Of a DNA stretch of 64,000 bases, positions 49,317 to 58,682 are shown one piece after another. Both the position numbers and the translations under genes were made by a program. The notes below the pieces were generated by a model. It saw only the letters and a list, made by a program, of their open reading frames with translations. It did no database searches and was not told the DNA's origin. The first letter of the stretch is position 1, and each line of letters opens with the position of its first letter. The stretch comes from an uncultured Chloroflexia bacterium (GTDB taxonomy: Bacteria; Chloroflexota; Limnocylindria; Limnocylindrales; CSP1-4): assembly GCA_963722105.1 (NCBI GenBank), contig CAVRKQ010000011.1, positions 451,065 through 515,064 of the forward strand, written 5' to 3'.

Positions 49317-49831
49317 CGACCGGGACCCGACCTTCGGACGCGGCCGCCGAAGCCCCGAAGCGGGACCCGCTCGCGAGCGAAGGCACGATCCACACGACCC
49401 GCGAGATCGAGGCTCTGATCCCGCACCGCTACCCGCTGCTGATGGTCGACCGGATCGTCGAGTACGACCCCGAGGCCAAGCGGATCGTCGGCATCAAGGG
49501 CATCAGCGCCACCGAGTGGTGGGCGCCAGGCCATTTCCCTGGCCTCCCGATCGTGCCCGGCGTCCTCCAGATCGAGGCCCTCGCCCAGACGATGGCCGTC
49601 TACGTGGCGAAGCAGCCGGGATTCGGCGACCGGATCGGCCTGTTCGCCGGCATCGATGACGCGCGCTTCAAGCGGATCGTGGTCCCGGGCGACGTGCTCC
49701 GGCTCGAGGTCACCATGGAGAAGCTCGGCTCGCGCTTCGGCAAGGGCCGGGGCGTCGCGACCGTCGACGGCGAGGTCGCCTGCGAGGCCTTGCTCTCCTT
49801 CATCATTCCGCCGGAGGGCGTGCTCCGTTGA
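49313..49831 (+). CDS. fabZ: 3-hydroxyacyl-ACP dehydratase
   Basis: HRYPLLMVDRIVE and HFPGLPIVPGVLQIEALAQ. The ATG overlaps the accC stop (ATGA). Confidence 0.9.
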   Translation: MTTGTRPSDAAAEAPKRDPLASEGTIHTTREIEALIPHRYPLLMVDRIVEYDPEAKRIVGIKGISATEWWAPGHFPGLPIVPGVLQIEALAQTMAVYVAKQPGFGDRIGLFAGIDDARFKRIVVPGDVLRLEVTMEKLGSRFGKGRGVATVDGEVACEALLSFIIPPEGVLR

Positions 49832-50022
49832 GGCCCGCGAGCCGGTCGCGACCCATGAACTGGACTGGCAGCCACAAGATTTCGCGCAGGCTCGCACGGC
49901 GCTGGCCCGCCAGCCCAGCCTTCGACGGGGTCGCGGGGGCTGTCGTCGCTGTTTCGTCACCGGCTGGGTCGCCAGCCCGGCGTCTTACGATCGGTTCGGA
50001 AATGTTTGGGCTGGCAGGCTAG

Positions 50023-50907
50023 ATGGGCACCCGGATTGCGGTCCTGTCGGACGTACATGGCAACGTGGTGGCGCTCGAGGCGGTGCGAAAGGCGCTCAAG
50101 AAGGAGAAGCCGGACGTCATCCTCATCGCCGGCGACCTGGTGATGAACGGGCCCGAGCCCGGCGCGACGGTCGATGCGATCCGCGAGATGGAGCGCGACG
50201 GGGCGATCGTCGTCCAGGGCAACACCGACATCGCCGTGGCGGATGCGGACTACGCCGCCGCGTTCCCGTGGATGCTCGAGTCTGGCGTCTCGGAGACGGT
50301 GCGAGCCGCCGCGGAGTGGGCGCACGACGCCCTCGACGACGACCAGCTCGCCTGGCTGCGCCGTCTCCCAGCCGAGCGGCGGGTCCGGATCGGCGATGAC
50401 CTCGTGCTCCTGACCCACGCCTCGCCGGGCTCGCAGACGCAGGGGTTCGACAAGGGCCTCGACCCGTCGACCGTCTACGAGCGGATCTCGCGAACCGACG
50501 CGCGCGTGATCTGCTGCGGCCACACCCACATCCCGGACGTCCAGGAGTTCGGCTGGAAGATCGTGGTGAACGACGGCAGCGCGGGCTACGCCTTCGACGG
50601 CGATCCGACCGCGTCGTGGGCGCTCGTCACCATCGGCGAAGCGGCTTCGGCGAAGCCCGCCGTGGCCAAGTCCGCCTTGACCGACGTCGATGACGACCAC
50701 GATGCCGAGAACGACGACGAAAACGACAACGACGACGAGGACGAGGAGAGCGCGGTCTCGGCGCCTCGCAGCGGCGTCGCGATCTCCACCGAGATCCGCC
50801 GGACCGAGTACGACGTCCTCGCCGCCTCGAACGCGATCTCCGCTCGCGGCCTCCCCGGCGACGTCTACCGCGCCGCCACCGTCCGCACCGGAAAGCTCGT
50901 GCGATGA
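50023..50907 (+). CDS. metallophosphoesterase (YfcE/MJ0936-like) with an internal poly-acidic insert
   Basis: VLSDVHGN, GDLVMNGPEP, GNTD and CGHTH. Insert: DVDDDHDAENDDENDNDDEDEES. Its stop overlaps the fabF start. Confidence 0.8.
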   Translation: MGTRIAVLSDVHGNVVALEAVRKALKKEKPDVILIAGDLVMNGPEPGATVDAIREMERDGAIVVQGNTDIAVADADYAAAFPWMLESGVSETVRAAAEWAHDALDDDQLAWLRRLPAERRVRIGDDLVLLTHASPGSQTQGFDKGLDPSTVYERISRTDARVICCGHTHIPDVQEFGWKIVVNDGSAGYAFDGDPTASWALVTIGEAASAKPAVAKSALTDVDDDHDAENDDENDNDDEDEESAVSAPRSGVAISTEIRRTEYDVLAASNAISARGLPGDVYRAATVRTGKLVR

Positions 50908-52175
50908 GCCGCGCCAACGGCAACGGAGCCCGCCGCGTCGTCGTGACCGGGATGGGGGCGCTGTCGGCGCTCGGGAACGACGTCGCCTCGACGTGGGACG
51001 GGCTGCTCGCCGGGAAGTCGGGCGTCCGGACGATCAGCCTGTTCGATCCGTCGCGCGTCGACTCGAAGATCGGCGCCGAGGTCAAGGACTTCGACCCATC
51101 GGCCGTCATCGACCGCAAGGAGATGCGGCGGATGGACCGCTACATCCAGTTCGGGCTGGTGGTCGCGCGCCAGGCGCTCGATCAGGCCGGCCTGCCCGGG
51201 CGGATCGACGGCGCCCTCGCCGAGCGGACGGGTGTGTACCTCGGGTCCGGGCTCGGCGGTGTCGCGACCCTCTTCGACAACGTGCTGCTCATGGCCGAGC
51301 GCGGCCCCGATCGCATCTCGCCGTTCTTCGTCCCGATGGGCATCGCGAACGTGGGCTCGGGGCAGGTCGCGATCGCGTTCGGGATGCTCGGGCCGAACTT
51401 CGCGATCGTGTCCGCGTGTGCAACGGGCGCCCACGCGATCGGCGAGGCCTGGGAGACGATCCGCCGCGACGACGCCGACATCATGCTCGCGGGCGGCTCC
51501 GAGGCCGCGATCCACGAGGCGGTGGTCGGCGGGTTCTCGTCGATGAAGGCCCTCTCCACCCGAAACGATGATCCCGAGGCGGCGTCACGCCCGTTCGACA
51601 AGGGCCGCGACGGGTTCGTGATCGGCGAGGGCGCCGGGATGCTCGTCCTCGAGGAGCTGTCACACGCGGAGAAGCGCGGCGCCGCGCCGCTCGCCGAGCT
51701 CGTGGGCTACGGCGCGACTGCGGACGCATCGCACATCACGTTGCCGGCTCCTGGCGGCGTCGGCGCGTTGCGCGCCGGCCGGCGCGCCCTCGAGAAGGCG
51801 ACGATGGACGCCGACGAGCTCGACCACGTGAACGCCCATGCCACCTCGACGCCCGAGGGCGACAGCGCCGAGCTCCAGGCCCTCGCGACGCTCCTGGGAG
51901 AACACGGACCGGCCGTCTCGATCTCGGCCCAGAAGTCGATGCTGGGCCACACCCTCGGCGCCGCGGGTGCGATCGAGTCGATCGCGACCATCCAGGCGAT
52001 GCGCGAAGGCGCGATCCCGCCGACGATCAACCTCCACGACACGGACCCGAACACGAACGGCCTCGACCTGACCCCGAATAAGGCCGTGCGCCGCGACGTG
52101 CGGGCTGCGCTCAACAACTCGTTCGGGTTCGGAGGCCAGAACGCGGCCCTGGTCTTCAGGCGGTGGGACGGATGA
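50904..52175 (+). CDS. fabF: beta-ketoacyl-ACP synthase II
   Basis: Active-site SACATGAHAIG, with HATSTPEGD and GHTLGAAG. Confidence 0.95.
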   Translation: MSRANGNGARRVVVTGMGALSALGNDVASTWDGLLAGKSGVRTISLFDPSRVDSKIGAEVKDFDPSAVIDRKEMRRMDRYIQFGLVVARQALDQAGLPGRIDGALAERTGVYLGSGLGGVATLFDNVLLMAERGPDRISPFFVPMGIANVGSGQVAIAFGMLGPNFAIVSACATGAHAIGEAWETIRRDDADIMLAGGSEAAIHEAVVGGFSSMKALSTRNDDPEAASRPFDKGRDGFVIGEGAGMLVLEELSHAEKRGAAPLAELVGYGATADASHITLPAPGGVGALRAGRRALEKATMDADELDHVNAHATSTPEGDSAELQALATLLGEHGPAVSISAQKSMLGHTLGAAGAIESIATIQAMREGAIPPTINLHDTDPNTNGLDLTPNKAVRRDVRAALNNSFGFGGQNAALVFRRWDG

Positions 52176-52852
52176 CCGAGCGGCTCGATGACGCCGATCC
52201 CGCCACGGACGCCGCGCCGGTGATGGAGACGACCGCGGCCGAGGCTGCCGCGGAGGCTGCTGCCGCGACGGCCGCGGAGGCCGCTGCCGTGAACGTGGCG
52301 CATGCCGCGCCCGACCCCGCCACGGAGGCGCCCACCGCCGCTCCCGAGCCGGAGGCCGCGCCGCCACCGGTCGACGGCGCCGACGCGTCGCTCCTCGCGC
52401 TCATCGACCGCCTCTCGACCCTCCTGGACCGGAGCGAGCTGACCGAGCTCGAGGTGCAGGTCGGCTCGACCGGGCTCGTCCTTCGGAAGCCCCAGGCGAT
52501 CGCGCCCCAGGTCGTCGCCGTTGGAGCAGCTGGATCCGCGGCGGCGGACGGCGCCGGCACGGGAGGTGGCGCTGCTACTCCCTCCGGAGCGGTCGCCGAA
52601 GGACCGCCCGCGCGCCCCGCCGTCATGGCTCCCCTGAGCGGCATCTGGTACGGCTCGCCGGCCCCGAGCACCGCGCCGTACGTGAGCGTCGGCGGCGAGG
52701 TCGCGGTCGGGCAGGTGATCGGGCTCATCGAGGCGATGAAGCTGTTCAACGAGATCAAGAGCGACAAGGCCGGTCGGGTCGTCAAGATCAACGCCGAGAA
52801 CGGCAAGCTGGTGCGCGCAAAGCAGCCACTGATCGAGGTGGAGCCGCTGTGA
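52172..52852 (+). CDS. accB: acetyl-CoA carboxylase biotin carboxyl carrier protein (canonical)
   Basis: C-terminal VGQVIGLIEAMKLFNEIKSDKAG with the biotinyl-lysine motif. ATG 52172 overlaps the fabF stop (ATGA); the ORF track starts at 52163. Confidence 0.85.
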   Translation: MTERLDDADPATDAAPVMETTAAEAAAEAAAATAAEAAAVNVAHAAPDPATEAPTAAPEPEAAPPPVDGADASLLALIDRLSTLLDRSELTELEVQVGSTGLVLRKPQAIAPQVVAVGAAGSAAADGAGTGGGAATPSGAVAEGPPARPAVMAPLSGIWYGSPAPSTAPYVSVGGEVAVGQVIGLIEAMKLFNEIKSDKAGRVVKINAENGKLVRAKQPLIEVEPL

Positions 52853-54075
52853 TGCATTCCACGAACGGCACGTCCCCGAACGCAGAGAAGCGAATCAGGG
52901 CCCACGTCACCGGCTGGGGCCGCTACGTCCCCGCCCAGATCCTCTCGAACAAGGACCTCGAGCGGATGGTCGATACGAGCGACGAGTGGATCGTCTCCCG
53001 CACTGGCATCAGCGAGCGCCGCGTCGCCGCCGCCCACGAGACCACCGCTTCGATGGGCGCCGTGGCCGCGCTCCGCGCCATCCATGCCGCCGGCATCGAT
53101 CCGGACGAGATTGATCTGATCCTCCTCGCGACCCTCACGCCGGACTACTGGATGCCCTCCACCGCGGCCCTCGTGAAGGAGGCGATCGGGAACACCCGCG
53201 CCGCCGCGATGGACGTCGCCGCCGCCTGCTCGGGCTTCGTCTACGGGTTCGCGACGGCCCAGGCATGGATCGAGGCCGGGCTCGCCAAGCACGTTCTCGT
53301 GATCGGCGCGGAGCTGCTGACCCGCTTCCTCGACTACACCGACCGCTCGACCTGCATCCTCTTCGGCGACGGAGCTGGCGCCGCGGTCCTGTCCGCGAGC
53401 GACAAGCCCGGCGGCGCCATGGGGATCGAGCTCACCACCTCCCCCGAAGGCGCCTACATGATCTGGCTGCCCGCCGGCGGCGCGAAGAGCCCGCCCTCGG
53501 CTGAGACGATCGCGCGCGGCGAGCACTACATCCGGATGGAGGGCAAGGAGACCTACCGGTTCGCCACGAAGACGATGGCGACGACGGCCCTCGAGTCCGT
53601 GCGCAAGTCGGGCCTCGAGCCGAGCGACATCAGCCTCTTCATCCCGCACCAGGCCAACGTCCGGATCATCGAGGCCGTCGCGAAGGGCCTCGGGCTCTCG
53701 ATGGACCAGATCTACACCAACGTCAACCGCTACGGCAACACCTCCGCGGCCTCGGTCCCGATCGCGATGGCCGAGGCGGTCAACGAGGGGCGGATCAAGG
53801 TCGGCGACAAGATCACGGTGGTGGCGTTCGGGGCCGGTTTCACGTCCGGCGCCGTCACCATTGAATGGACGGCGGACCCCGAGCGGGGCCGCATCGCCGA
53901 CGAGGCGATCAAGCCCGAGGACGTCCACGTTCGACTGCCGGTCGACTGGGACTCGGTCGACCCGATCCCGCAGGCCCTCGCCGAAGTCATGGCGCGCCCC
54001 GGGCCGGTCGACCCGCCGCTCGACGACGTCGTTCCCGGCGAGCCGGAACCCGCTTCGCGCCCGCTCGCACGCTAG
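52849..54075 (+). CDS. fabH: beta-ketoacyl-ACP synthase III with a C-terminal extension of about 68 aa
   Basis: AACSGFVYG (Cys), HQAN (His), GNTSAAS (Asn). The core ends near ...AVTIEW and is followed by TADPERGRIADEAIKPEDVHVRLPVDWDSVDP... Confidence 0.9.
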   Translation: MMHSTNGTSPNAEKRIRAHVTGWGRYVPAQILSNKDLERMVDTSDEWIVSRTGISERRVAAAHETTASMGAVAALRAIHAAGIDPDEIDLILLATLTPDYWMPSTAALVKEAIGNTRAAAMDVAAACSGFVYGFATAQAWIEAGLAKHVLVIGAELLTRFLDYTDRSTCILFGDGAGAAVLSASDKPGGAMGIELTTSPEGAYMIWLPAGGAKSPPSAETIARGEHYIRMEGKETYRFATKTMATTALESVRKSGLEPSDISLFIPHQANVRIIEAVAKGLGLSMDQIYTNVNRYGNTSAASVPIAMAEAVNEGRIKVGDKITVVAFGAGFTSGAVTIEWTADPERGRIADEAIKPEDVHVRLPVDWDSVDPIPQALAEVMARPGPVDPPLDDVVPGEPEPASRPLAR

Positions 54076-54084
54076 GAGGCGGCG

Positions 54085-54834
54085 ATGATCGATCTCGCTG
54101 GCAAATCTGCGGTTGTCACCGGCGGCTCGCGCGGCATCGGCCGGGCGATCGCCGTACGGCTCGCCACGCAGGGTGCGGACGTCGCGTTCAGCTACCGGGG
54201 CAACGAGGCGGCCGCGAAGGAGACCGCGGCGGCGATCGAGGCGCTCGGGCGGAAGGCGCTGCCGGTCCAGGCTGACGTGTCTGACCCCGAGTCCGCAGAC
54301 GCCCTCATCAAGGCCGCGCTCGAGGCCTTCGGCAAGGTCGACATCCTCGTCAACAACGCCGGCGTGACCCGAGACGACCTGATCATGCGGATGTCGCTCG
54401 ACGACTGGCGGACCGTCCTCGAGACGAACCTCTTCGGCGCGTTCTACGCGATCAAGGCCGTGACGCGCCCGATGCTCAAGGCCAAGGGCGGGCGGATCAT
54501 CAACATCACGTCGGTCTCCGGGCAGGCCGGCCAGACCGGCCAGGCGAACTACTCGTCCGCGAAGGCCGGCCTCATCGGGCTGACGAAGGCCACGGCCCGC
54601 GAGCTCGCCTCGCGCGGGATCACCTGCAACGCGGTGGCGCCCGGCTTCGTGCTCACCGAGCTCACCAAGGACCTGCCCGAGAACCTCCAGGCGCAGCTCA
54701 CCGAGCGCACGCCACTGGGCCGGTTCGGAACCGTCGAGGAGATCGCGGACGCCGTCGCGTTCCTCGTGAGCGACGAAGCCGCGTTCATCACGGGCCAGGT
54801 CCTCGCCGTCGACGGCGGCCTGGTGATGATGTAG
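54085..54834 (+). CDS. fabG: 3-oxoacyl-ACP reductase
   Basis: TGGSRGIGRAIA and NYSSAKAGLIG (SDR catalytic YxxxK), 249 aa. Confidence 0.9.
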   Translation: MIDLAGKSAVVTGGSRGIGRAIAVRLATQGADVAFSYRGNEAAAKETAAAIEALGRKALPVQADVSDPESADALIKAALEAFGKVDILVNNAGVTRDDLIMRMSLDDWRTVLETNLFGAFYAIKAVTRPMLKAKGGRIINITSVSGQAGQTGQANYSSAKAGLIGLTKATARELASRGITCNAVAPGFVLTELTKDLPENLQAQLTERTPLGRFGTVEEIADAVAFLVSDEAAFITGQVLAVDGGLVMM

Positions 54835-54924
54835 CGCCCCGGGTCGCAGGCGTCGCGTCCGCGCACCGCCGATCGCCGGCCAACCCGGCACGCTCCCGCG
54901 GGAACCGCGATCCTTGACCCCAAG

Positions 54925-56442
54925 GTGAGTGCCGGACCGACAACTCCACCGAGCCGCTCGGGGGGCGGCGGCGATCCATCGATTCGCCGCACGTGGTGGC
55001 TGCTCGCGGGCGTGTTCTTCCTGCTCGCGCTGACCGTGGGAATCCGACTGGTCACCGAGAAGCAGCCGGTCGACTGGCTGGTCGCGGGCCTCGTCGTGCT
55101 CGCGGCGGTCGCCGCGATCGCGCATCGGAACGCGGTCGGCGGACTCGAAATCACGGGGTCGCGGCGAGGCGGAGAGCTTCGCGCGGATCGTCCGAAGCCT
55201 CTCGCGATCCGTCTCGGCGGAGGCGATCGTCTCGGCGATCCTCGACGACCTGGTCGACGCGACGGCCGCCGACCACGTGGTCTTCGTCCGGCGCCGGCGG
55301 GACACGCCGGCGCTCGAGGCGACCCTCGTCACCCGCCGCGCCGGCGTGCCCGCGACATCGACGATCCTGCCGCTGTCGCTGCTCGATGGGGCAGGGGAGG
55401 GCGGGCCGAAAGACCCCGTCGCGATCCCGATGGGGGCGGAGCCACTTGGCACCCGCGCCCGAGGCTGCTCCGATTGATCCGGCCTCGGCCGACTCGGCGC
55501 TTCTCCCCGACGCCACAACCCCCGGCGCCGCGGACACCTCGGATCGAGCCATCCCGCTCCCGCGCGTCGCTCGCCGGGCCTCGGATGCCGGCGGCGGCCG
55601 GACCCTCCTGCACCGGGCGCGCCGCAGAGTCGCTGGCGCTGCTGCGCGACATCGGGCTCCCGACGCCCGACATCCTCGGCATTCGCGGCCAGGCCAAGGC
55701 GTCGGAGGTGCTGGCGCGCGGCGACGAGGCGGTCGTGGTCGAGCGCGTCGCGGATCGGGTTCGGGCGGCGTTCGGGCTGTCGCACACGATCACGGCGCCG
55801 CTTCGATCGGCCGAGACGGGGGTCATCGGCGCGATCGTCCTGTCTCGGCGCGATCGCGACGCTTGGCCCGAGAGCGCCCGCCGGCTCGTCCGTGGCGCCG
55901 CGAGCGAGACGGCCGCCGCGCTGGAGCGCGCCTACTCGTACCGAGCCACGGAGGCGAGCGCCTCCACGGACCCGCTGACCGGGCTCCCGAACCGCCGCTA
56001 CTTCGACGAGTTCTCGTCGCTCCTCTCGAGCCGCCGTCGCTCGGGCGACGCCCTCGCTGTCCTCATGATCGACATCGACAAGTTCAAGGGCCTCAACGAC
56101 ACCTACGGCCACCCGGTCGGGGACGAGGTCCTGAAATCGGTTGCCGGCGCGATCACCGCCGCGGTGCGCGACCAGGACGTGCCGGCGCGAATCGGCGGCG
56201 AGGAGTTCGCCGTCCTGCTTCGAAACACCGGGCCGGACGTCGCTCACGAGATCGGCGAGCGGGTTCGCCAGGCCGTCCGCGAGCTCGATCTGGCCGACTT
56301 CGGTGTCCCGGGCGTGAGCGTGTCCGTCGGCGTCGCCGACGCGACGGGCCCCGACGAGCCGATCCACGCGCTGGTCGACCGCGCCGACCGAGCGCTCCTT
56401 CGAGCCAAGCGAGCGGGCCGGGATCGGGTCGTCGCGGGATAG
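54925..56442 (+). CDS. membrane-anchored sensor diguanylate cyclase (GAF-like + GGDEF); the central 55.15-55.6 kb is probably mis-framed
   Basis: Two N-terminal TM helices. C-terminal DPLTGLPNRRYF...RIGGEEFAV. The middle of the open frame is Arg/Pro-rich nonsense, while the other two frames read protein-like sequence (SFARIVRSLSRSVSAEAIVSAILDDLVDATAADHVVFVRRRRDTPALEATLV...). Confidence 0.75.
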   Translation: MSAGPTTPPSRSGGGGDPSIRRTWWLLAGVFFLLALTVGIRLVTEKQPVDWLVAGLVVLAAVAAIAHRNAVGGLEITGSRRGGELRADRPKPLAIRLGGGDRLGDPRRPGRRDGRRPRGLRPAPAGHAGARGDPRHPPRRRARDIDDPAAVAARWGRGGRAERPRRDPDGGGATWHPRPRLLRLIRPRPTRRFSPTPQPPAPRTPRIEPSRSRASLAGPRMPAAAGPSCTGRAAESLALLRDIGLPTPDILGIRGQAKASEVLARGDEAVVVERVADRVRAAFGLSHTITAPLRSAETGVIGAIVLSRRDRDAWPESARRLVRGAASETAAALERAYSYRATEASASTDPLTGLPNRRYFDEFSSLLSSRRRSGDALAVLMIDIDKFKGLNDTYGHPVGDEVLKSVAGAITAAVRDQDVPARIGGEEFAVLLRNTGPDVAHEIGERVRQAVRELDLADFGVPGVSVSVGVADATGPDEPIHALVDRADRALLRAKRAGRDRVVAG

Positions 56443-56446
56443 GCAA

Positions 56447-56476
56447 TCGATCATTTCGACATCCCTGGACGACAAG
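56447..56476 (-). promoter_or_regulatory. conserved box, copy C (inverted)
   Basis: The reverse complement cttgtcgtccagggatgtcgaaatgatcga aligns with copy A. It lies 5 nt after the GGDEF stop. Confidence 0.5.
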
Positions 56477-56597
56477 ACAGTAGGCTCCCGCTCCGGAGAC
56501 CCTCACGCAGCGGGCGGACAGGCCTGATCGCGCGGTCTCACGCTCATTGAGCGCCCCTGCGGGACCCGGTCGCGGGCGGACCGTATCGCGAGGGCAG

Positions 56598-56627
56598 CTT
56601 GTCGTCCCTGGGTGACGATCTGATCAG
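56598..56627 (+). promoter_or_regulatory. conserved box, copy A (upstream of or at the 5' end of PolX)
   Basis: cttgtcgtccctgggtgacgatctgatcag. It shares an identical 17-mer gtcgtccctgggtgacg plus tgatca with copy B. Confidence 0.55.
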
Positions 56628-56664
56628 AAGCTCTCGTCAGGCGGCCGTCGATACCATCGCCCAG

Positions 56665-58627
56665 ATGGATGACGAGCGTGGCGGAGATGACGAGCGGAGC
56701 GTCATGGAGCACGACGAGGAGGGCGAGGCCGAAGCCGCGGCCGAGACCAGCGCCGGCAGTGCCGCCGGCTCGGGCGAGATTCCGCTCCTGACCAACGGGC
56801 AGCTCGCGCAGGTCTTCCACGACATCGGCGACCTGCTCGAGGTCAAGGGTGAGCTCGTCTTCAAGACCGTCGCGTACCACCGAGCGGCGGATGCCATCGG
56901 GCGGTCGCCGATCGAGGTCGCGCGCGCCTACCGCGAAGGCAAGCCCCCGGAGATCCCGGGGGTCGGCAAGGCCATCTCGGACAAGCTCGCGGAGCTCGCG
57001 ACCACCGGCAGGAGCGAGTACCGCGACAAGCTGCTGGCGGAGTTCCCGACCAGCCTCCTCGAGATGCTCCGGCTCCCCGGCCTCGGGCCGAAGACCGTCC
57101 GCGCGATCTACGCCGGGCTGGGCGTGAAGACCCTCGACGAGCTGAAGGCCGCGGCAGAGACGGGTCGGGTCCGCACGCTCCGCGGCCTCAGCGAGCGCAC
57201 CGAGCAGATGATCCTGGAAGGCATCGCCAAGCTCGAGATCGCGCGAGGGGCGACTGCTCCTCAACCGCGCCAAGGCGCTGGTCGACGAGATCTCGGCGGG
57301 TCTGGTCGAGGTCCTCGACGTCGAGCGGATCGTGCCGGCGGGCTCCTACCGGCGCCGAAAGGAGACGATCGGCGACCTCGACCTGCTCGCGGAGACTGAT
57401 TCCCCGAAGCGGGTCGTCGAGACGTTCGTCGAACCTGCCGTCGGTCGAGGCGGTCCTGAACCGCGGCGGTCACAAGGCGGCCGTCCGGCTGGGTGGTCGC
57501 GGGCCCGCAGGTCGACCTGATGGTGATGCGCCCCGGCGAGGTTGGCACGTACCTCATCCACTTCACCGGGTCGAAGGAGCACAACGTCCGGCTTCGGGCC
57601 ATGGCTCGCGACAAGGGCTGGAGCCTGTCCGAGTACGGCTTCGCTCGCCTCGGGGAGGACGGCGAGATCATCACCGACGTCGCGAAGGGCGGGGAGCTGC
57701 GGACCTTCGCGACCGAGGCGGAGGCCTACGCGTTCCTTGGGCTGCCGTTCATCGAGCCCGAGCTGCGCGAGGACACCGGCGAGATCGAGGCGGCGCTCGC
57801 CGGCACGCTGCCGACGCTCGTGACCGACGCGGACCTCCGCGGCGACCTGCACTCCCACTCCGACTGGTCGGACGGGGCGATGCCGGTCGAGGCAATGGCG
57901 GAGTTCGCGCGGCGGCGCGGGCACGCCTACCAGGTGATGACGGACCACACGCAGTCGCTGGCGATCGCGCGCGGCCTGGATCCCGAGCGGGTCGCGCTGG
58001 AGCGGGTGCTCATCAAGAGCCTCAACACCAGATTCGAGGCGGAGGAGAGCGCCGGCAGCGCGCCCGCCCGAGACCAGCGCCGAAGGCTTCCGGCTGCTCC
58101 ACGGCTGCGAGCTCGAGATCCGCGCCGACGGCCAGCTCGACTATCCCGACAAGCTGCTCGCGACGTTCGACCTCGTGGTCGCGTCGCTCCACGTCGGGCG
58201 CCGGCAGTCGCGCGCCGAGCTGACCCAGCGCGTGCTGAACGCGATCGAGAACCCCAACGTCGACGTGATCGCGCATCCATCGGGCCGGATGATCGGGACG
58301 CGCGACGACCTCGATCTGGACTGGGAGACGGTCTACCGCGCGGCGGCGCGCACCGGCACGGTGCTGGAGATGAACGGCTCGCCGCACCGGCTCGACCTCT
58401 CGGTCGAACGGGCCCGGAAGGCGCTGGAGCTCGGGTGCGTGCTGTCGATCGACTCGGACGCACACCACACGAGGGAGTTCTCCTACCTCGGCTGGGGAAT
58501 CTCGCAGGCGCGCCGGGCCTGGGTGACCCCGGCGGACGTGCTGAACACTCGCTCCCGTGCCGGGCTCCTCGCCTGGCTCGCGCTCCCGAAGCCGCGCGAC
58601 AAGTCGAAACTCGCCCCGCCGGGATGA
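56665..58627 (+). pseudogene. family X DNA polymerase with C-terminal PHP domain; four or more frame breaks
   Basis: LAQVFHDIGDLLEVKGELVFKTVAYHRAADAI and HhH GVGKAISDKL...LPGLGPKT | PAGSYRRRKETIGDLDLL | VDLMVMRPGEVGTYLIHFTGSKEHN...PHP GDLHSHSDWSDG | ...IAHPSGR...SIDSDAHH. Start is uncertain (ATG 56665 or 56704; the ORF track TTG 56599 lies inside the box). Confidence 0.85.
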
Positions 58628-58682
58628 CCCGCTGCGCTGACCCGTTTGCGCACCCGCCGGCCTGACCGGCGCCTGCCGCCCG

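Noticed and set aside
49832-50022. Missing acpP or a structured RNA in the 190-nt fabZ-phosphoesterase gap
   Set aside because: No ORF with the DSL(D/E) phosphopantetheine motif is present. Only weak, imperfect hairpins are visible.
52156-56475. Very long ORFs antisense to or overlapping confident genes (for example 1439 aa at 52156..56475 -, 1418 aa at 26174..30430 +, 848 aa at 30580..33126 -, 688 aa at 8562..10628 -)
   Set aside because: Their Arg/Pro/Gly/Ala-rich composition is typical of shadow frames in very GC-rich DNA. Each overlaps genes with clear family motifs. Only sub-segments (for example 28820..30430) are real.
56598-56627. Identity of the conserved box with the actinobacterial RecA-independent damage promoter (tTGTCRgtg-N8-TAnnnT, PafBC regulon)
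   Set aside because: The TTGTCG start matches, but at the expected spacing the hexamers are cgatct, cggttt and cgaaat, not TAnnnT. The resemblance is too weak to claim.
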